A model generated the notes under the pieces. That model was not told the origin of the DNA, made no database searches, and was given only the letters and a program-made list of their open reading frames with translations. Positions 61,839-64,000 of a DNA stretch of 64,000 bases are shown here, in pieces. The stretch covers positions 69,375-133,374 of the forward strand of contig MFGB01000023.1 in the NCBI GenBank assembly GCA_001780275.1, read 5' to 3'. Position numbers and translations under genes: made by a program. How positions within the stretch are numbered: position 1 is the stretch's first letter; each line of letters starts with the position of its first letter. The stretch comes from Candidatus Falkowbacteria bacterium RIFOXYA2_FULL_47_19. Its GTDB lineage: Bacteria; Patescibacteriota; Patescibacteriia; Patescibacteriales; UBA12075.

Positions 61839-62687
61839 TTACCTCAAAACACCAAATAATTTTAACCAACCATCAAGACTTAGTTCCTGGGCCCTGATCA
61901 TTTCGTCGAAACCGGCATCGCGAATCTTTTGCCCCGCTTCTTCATGTGTAATATGATACCCTGAGGCCAAATTATTCTTAAGCATCTTTCGTCGGGAGCT
62001 GAATCCGATCCTGACTAACTGAAAAAACTTTTTTTCGTTAATTTTCGTTCCGGTCCAGGGCTGGCCGCCCTCTCGGATGGATAATTTTATGATCGCGCTA
62101 TCCACTTCCGGCACCGGCCAAAATTTATCTTTCGTAACATAACCGATTATTTGCGGTTCGGCAAAGAATTGCACGGATACCGATAGTAGGCTCATTTTCC
62201 CCGGCTTGGCCGCGACCCGTTCCGCTACCTCTTTTTGCAGCATCAAAACCATCATCTCCGGCTTATTTTTTAATTCGTAAACCTTGCGCAAAAAAATTGA
62301 AGTGATGTTGTAAGGCAGATTAGCGACTATTTTAAAGTTTCCAATTTCCAATTTCCAATATCCAATTTCCGGTATGAAATCCAGAATATTGGTATTAATT
62401 ATTCTCACATTCTTCGCTTTACACTCTTTTAATCTATCGCCTAAAACCATAGCCAGTTTATCGTCCAGCTCCACGGCTATCACCTTTCCGGCCTTTTTAG
62501 CTAATCTTTCAGTTAAATATCCTAATCCCGGCCCTACTTCCAGAACCGTATCATCCTTGGATAACCCGGCTGCTTCAACGATCTTTTCATACGTCTCTTT
62601 ATCCACTAAAAAATTCTGCCCGCGCGAACGGGCAGGGATAATAGCGTGCGATTGGCACAGACTCTTGGTTTGCCGCAATAAATCCAT
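61839..62687 (-). CDS. rsmA: 16S rRNA (adenine1518/1519-N6)-dimethyltransferase
   Basis: Motifs GQNFL, VLEVGPGLGYLT and ANLPYNI. Confidence 0.9.
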   Translation of the reverse strand: MDLLRQTKSLCQSHAIIPARSRGQNFLVDKETYEKIVEAAGLSKDDTVLEVGPGLGYLTERLAKKAGKVIAVELDDKLAMVLGDRLKECKAKNVRIINTNILDFIPEIGYWKLEIGNFKIVANLPYNITSIFLRKVYELKNKPEMMVLMLQKEVAERVAAKPGKMSLLSVSVQFFAEPQIIGYVTKDKFWPVPEVDSAIIKLSIREGGQPWTGTKINEKKFFQLVRIGFSSRRKMLKNNLASGYHITHEEAGQKIRDAGFDEMIRAQELSLDGWLKLFGVLR

Positions 62688-62689
62688 AA

Positions 62690-63178
62690 TTATTCAACTA
62701 AATTTCGAAATCCGGCGATCACGAAATCAGCGGCCTCGACTAATCTCTGGATCCGAGAGGCGCCGGGCCCGGGAACGCCGATCACTTTCGGCAGGGTGTC
62801 TGATATTCCGCCAACGATAGTGTCCAGCCCCACAGTGGGCATGACCCCGCCGCCTTTATACACAAATCCCTGCATGGGGCAAATTTTCGTACCACCCCTC
62901 TGGCCGGTAAACTGGATTTCGGAATAGTCCGCGCAAACATAATTTCCCGTCACTGGTCCGCATTGAGGACAATTCTTGCAGACACCGTCCGGAGGCGTTG
63001 AAACGCAAACCGGCTGATACATCGTTACTCGTCCGCCATCCTGCCAGGGCAGAGCGGACAGGGCCTCGGCCGTGTTCCGGAATTCCAGATAATTTCTTAT
63101 ATCCAGACCCAGAAAGGCCGCGCCACAAAACAAAATAATTCCGCCAATCATTAAAATTTTCTTTTTTTTATTCAACAT
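62690..63178 (-). CDS. Secreted or anchored Cys-rich hypothetical protein
   Basis: An N-terminal TM segment (ILMIGGIILFCGAAFLGL) and multiple Cys residues (CVSTPPDGVCKNCPQCGP..YVC). Confidence 0.5.
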   Translation of the reverse strand: MLNKKKKILMIGGIILFCGAAFLGLDIRNYLEFRNTAEALSALPWQDGGRVTMYQPVCVSTPPDGVCKNCPQCGPVTGNYVCADYSEIQFTGQRGGTKICPMQGFVYKGGGVMPTVGLDTIVGGISDTLPKVIGVPGPGASRIQRLVEAADFVIAGFRNLVE

Positions 63179-63251
63179 ACTAAAAAATCCTAAAACCTAA
63201 AGCCTAATAACATTATAGCAAAAACCGAACAAAATTGGTATAATAAAAACA

Positions 63252-64000
63252 TGAATAAATATCAATACATTATTATCACGATCATCGGATTTACATCAGC
63301 GGCTTTATTTATGGCTAACTGCGGCTCAGCCTCGGAAAATCTGGCGCAAAAATTATCCGGCCGGATTCTTTTGCAGGTCGAACAGCATGGCGAAGCCTGG
63401 TACATAAGTCCCAAAGACCGAAAACGCTATTTTCTTTCCCGGCCGCTCGACTGCTTTAATATGATGCGCGGCGCCGGTACCGGCATCACCAACACTGATC
63501 TGAATAAAATTCCAGTGGGCTTTATTGAAGAAGTATGCGCCGCGGAGATGCATTGCCAAATCTCTGCCGATGCTGATCAGGATGGCATTGAAGATAACCT
63601 GGAGATCGCCCTGGGAACGGATCCGAATAATACCGATACCGACGGCGATGGCTATAGCGATAAAGAAGAGGTTAAAAACGGCTTCAATCCCTTCTCCACT
63701 GGTCCGTGGGCGATCGAACAAAGCTTTACCGAACAAAACAAGGGCAAAATCTTTCTGCAAATAGAGGGCGTGGGCGAAGCCTGGTATGTAAACCCGTCCG
63801 ATCTTAAGCGTTATTATCTTGGGCGTCCGGCTGACGCGTTTAGAGTTATGCGGAATCTCGGGTTAGGTATAAGCGACCGCGATCTTAATACTATCGCGAT
63901 CGGCGATAAGCTGGGGGCGCCCGAACCGGTTATCGTCCCGCCGCCAGCGCCGGAATTTTGTTCCGCTAAATTTTCCGCCAGCGCTGTTATGACGGACGCG
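63252..64000 (+). CDS. Lipoprotein/secreted protein with two GEAWY-type repeat domains and a DxDxDG calcium-binding linker; runs off the window end
   Basis: Absent from the ORF track because there is no stop in the window. Hand-translated: MNKYQYIIITIIGFTSAALFMANCGS...GRILLQVEQHGEAWYISPKDRKRYFLSRP...DTDGDGYSDKEE...GKIFLQIEGVGEAWYVNPSDLKRYYLGRP... Confidence 0.7.

Noticed and set aside
63353-63760. 135-aa minus-strand ORF
   Set aside because: It is antisense to the plus-strand GEAWY-repeat/DxDxDG protein, which starts at 63252 and has a signal peptide and internally repeated domains.
1-64000. Whole-window alternative genetic code (UGA=Gly or Trp), prompted by the TGA in the GIY-YIG gene
   Set aside because: Under the standard code, host genes give full-length, family-typical proteins. 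TGA clearly terminates rpmG (…HKETK-TGA) and the ORF ending at 22419, where the stop sits inside the next gene's RBS; within the prophage, TGA also terminates Rep. The anomaly is confined to one AT-rich cassette.

Overview
The window looks like a small-genome, anaerobic, monoderm bacterium. By inference it resembles Candidate Phyla Radiation / Patescibacteria, based on four-helix-bundle 'IVS' proteins, a PrgI/VirB4-type secretion cluster, a giant Cys-rich exoprotein and GEAWY-repeat proteins. The standard genetic code applies: TGA ends rpmG and a host operon ORF. Almost all host genes are on the minus strand.

Layout:
1. 1-3380: a visibly AT-rich island. It carries a single-chain type IIB/IIG restriction-modification-specificity fusion that runs off the window and is missing from the ORF track.
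2. 3383-11584: an ~8.2 kb inovirus-like integrated element. It has an ssDNA-binding-size protein, three tiny TM ORFs, a textbook major coat protein, a g3p-like protein, a Zot/pI ATPase, an HUH rolling-circle Rep and a large serine integrase. The integrase ORF ends inside tRNA-Trp(CCA).
3. 11.7-19.7 kb: host genes. These are Bro-N, a lipoprotein, rpmG (found by hand), an oxidative-stress set (glutaredoxin-like, desulfoferrodoxin, rubrerythrin) interrupted by a repeat-flanked four-helix-bundle gene, ilvE, mutM and an EEP nuclease.
4. 19.8-30.1 kb: an NAD salvage island. It contains nadE, a prs-like gene, pncB, ADP-ribosylglycohydrolase, an amidohydrolase, a NadD-NadK fusion, pncA and an NrtR-like regulator, with several structured intergenic elements.
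5. 30.2-34.8 kb: an ABC exporter, a fused CoA-transferase and membrane proteins.
6. 34.9-36.8 kb: a tRNA locus with Ser-UGA, Ser-GCU and Arg-GCG. It also holds a decorated tRNA-Ser pseudo-copy and an AT-rich GIY-YIG gene whose conserved YIG glycine codon is TGA.
7. 37.4-41.6 kb: recG, mpg and radA.
8. 41.9-63.2 kb: a minus-strand T4SS-like cluster (split VirB4, PrgI/VirB3-like, VirB6-like, DsbA-like). It is headed by a 2932-aa Cys-rich secreted giant and calcium-binding-repeat proteins, with rsmA embedded.

Several families of short intergenic 'word' repeats recur (TTAGGC, ATTCGT/ACGAAT, GATATTGG, AATCGAAA). Two of them also occur in-frame inside recG and rsmA. No rRNA or CRISPR array was seen.
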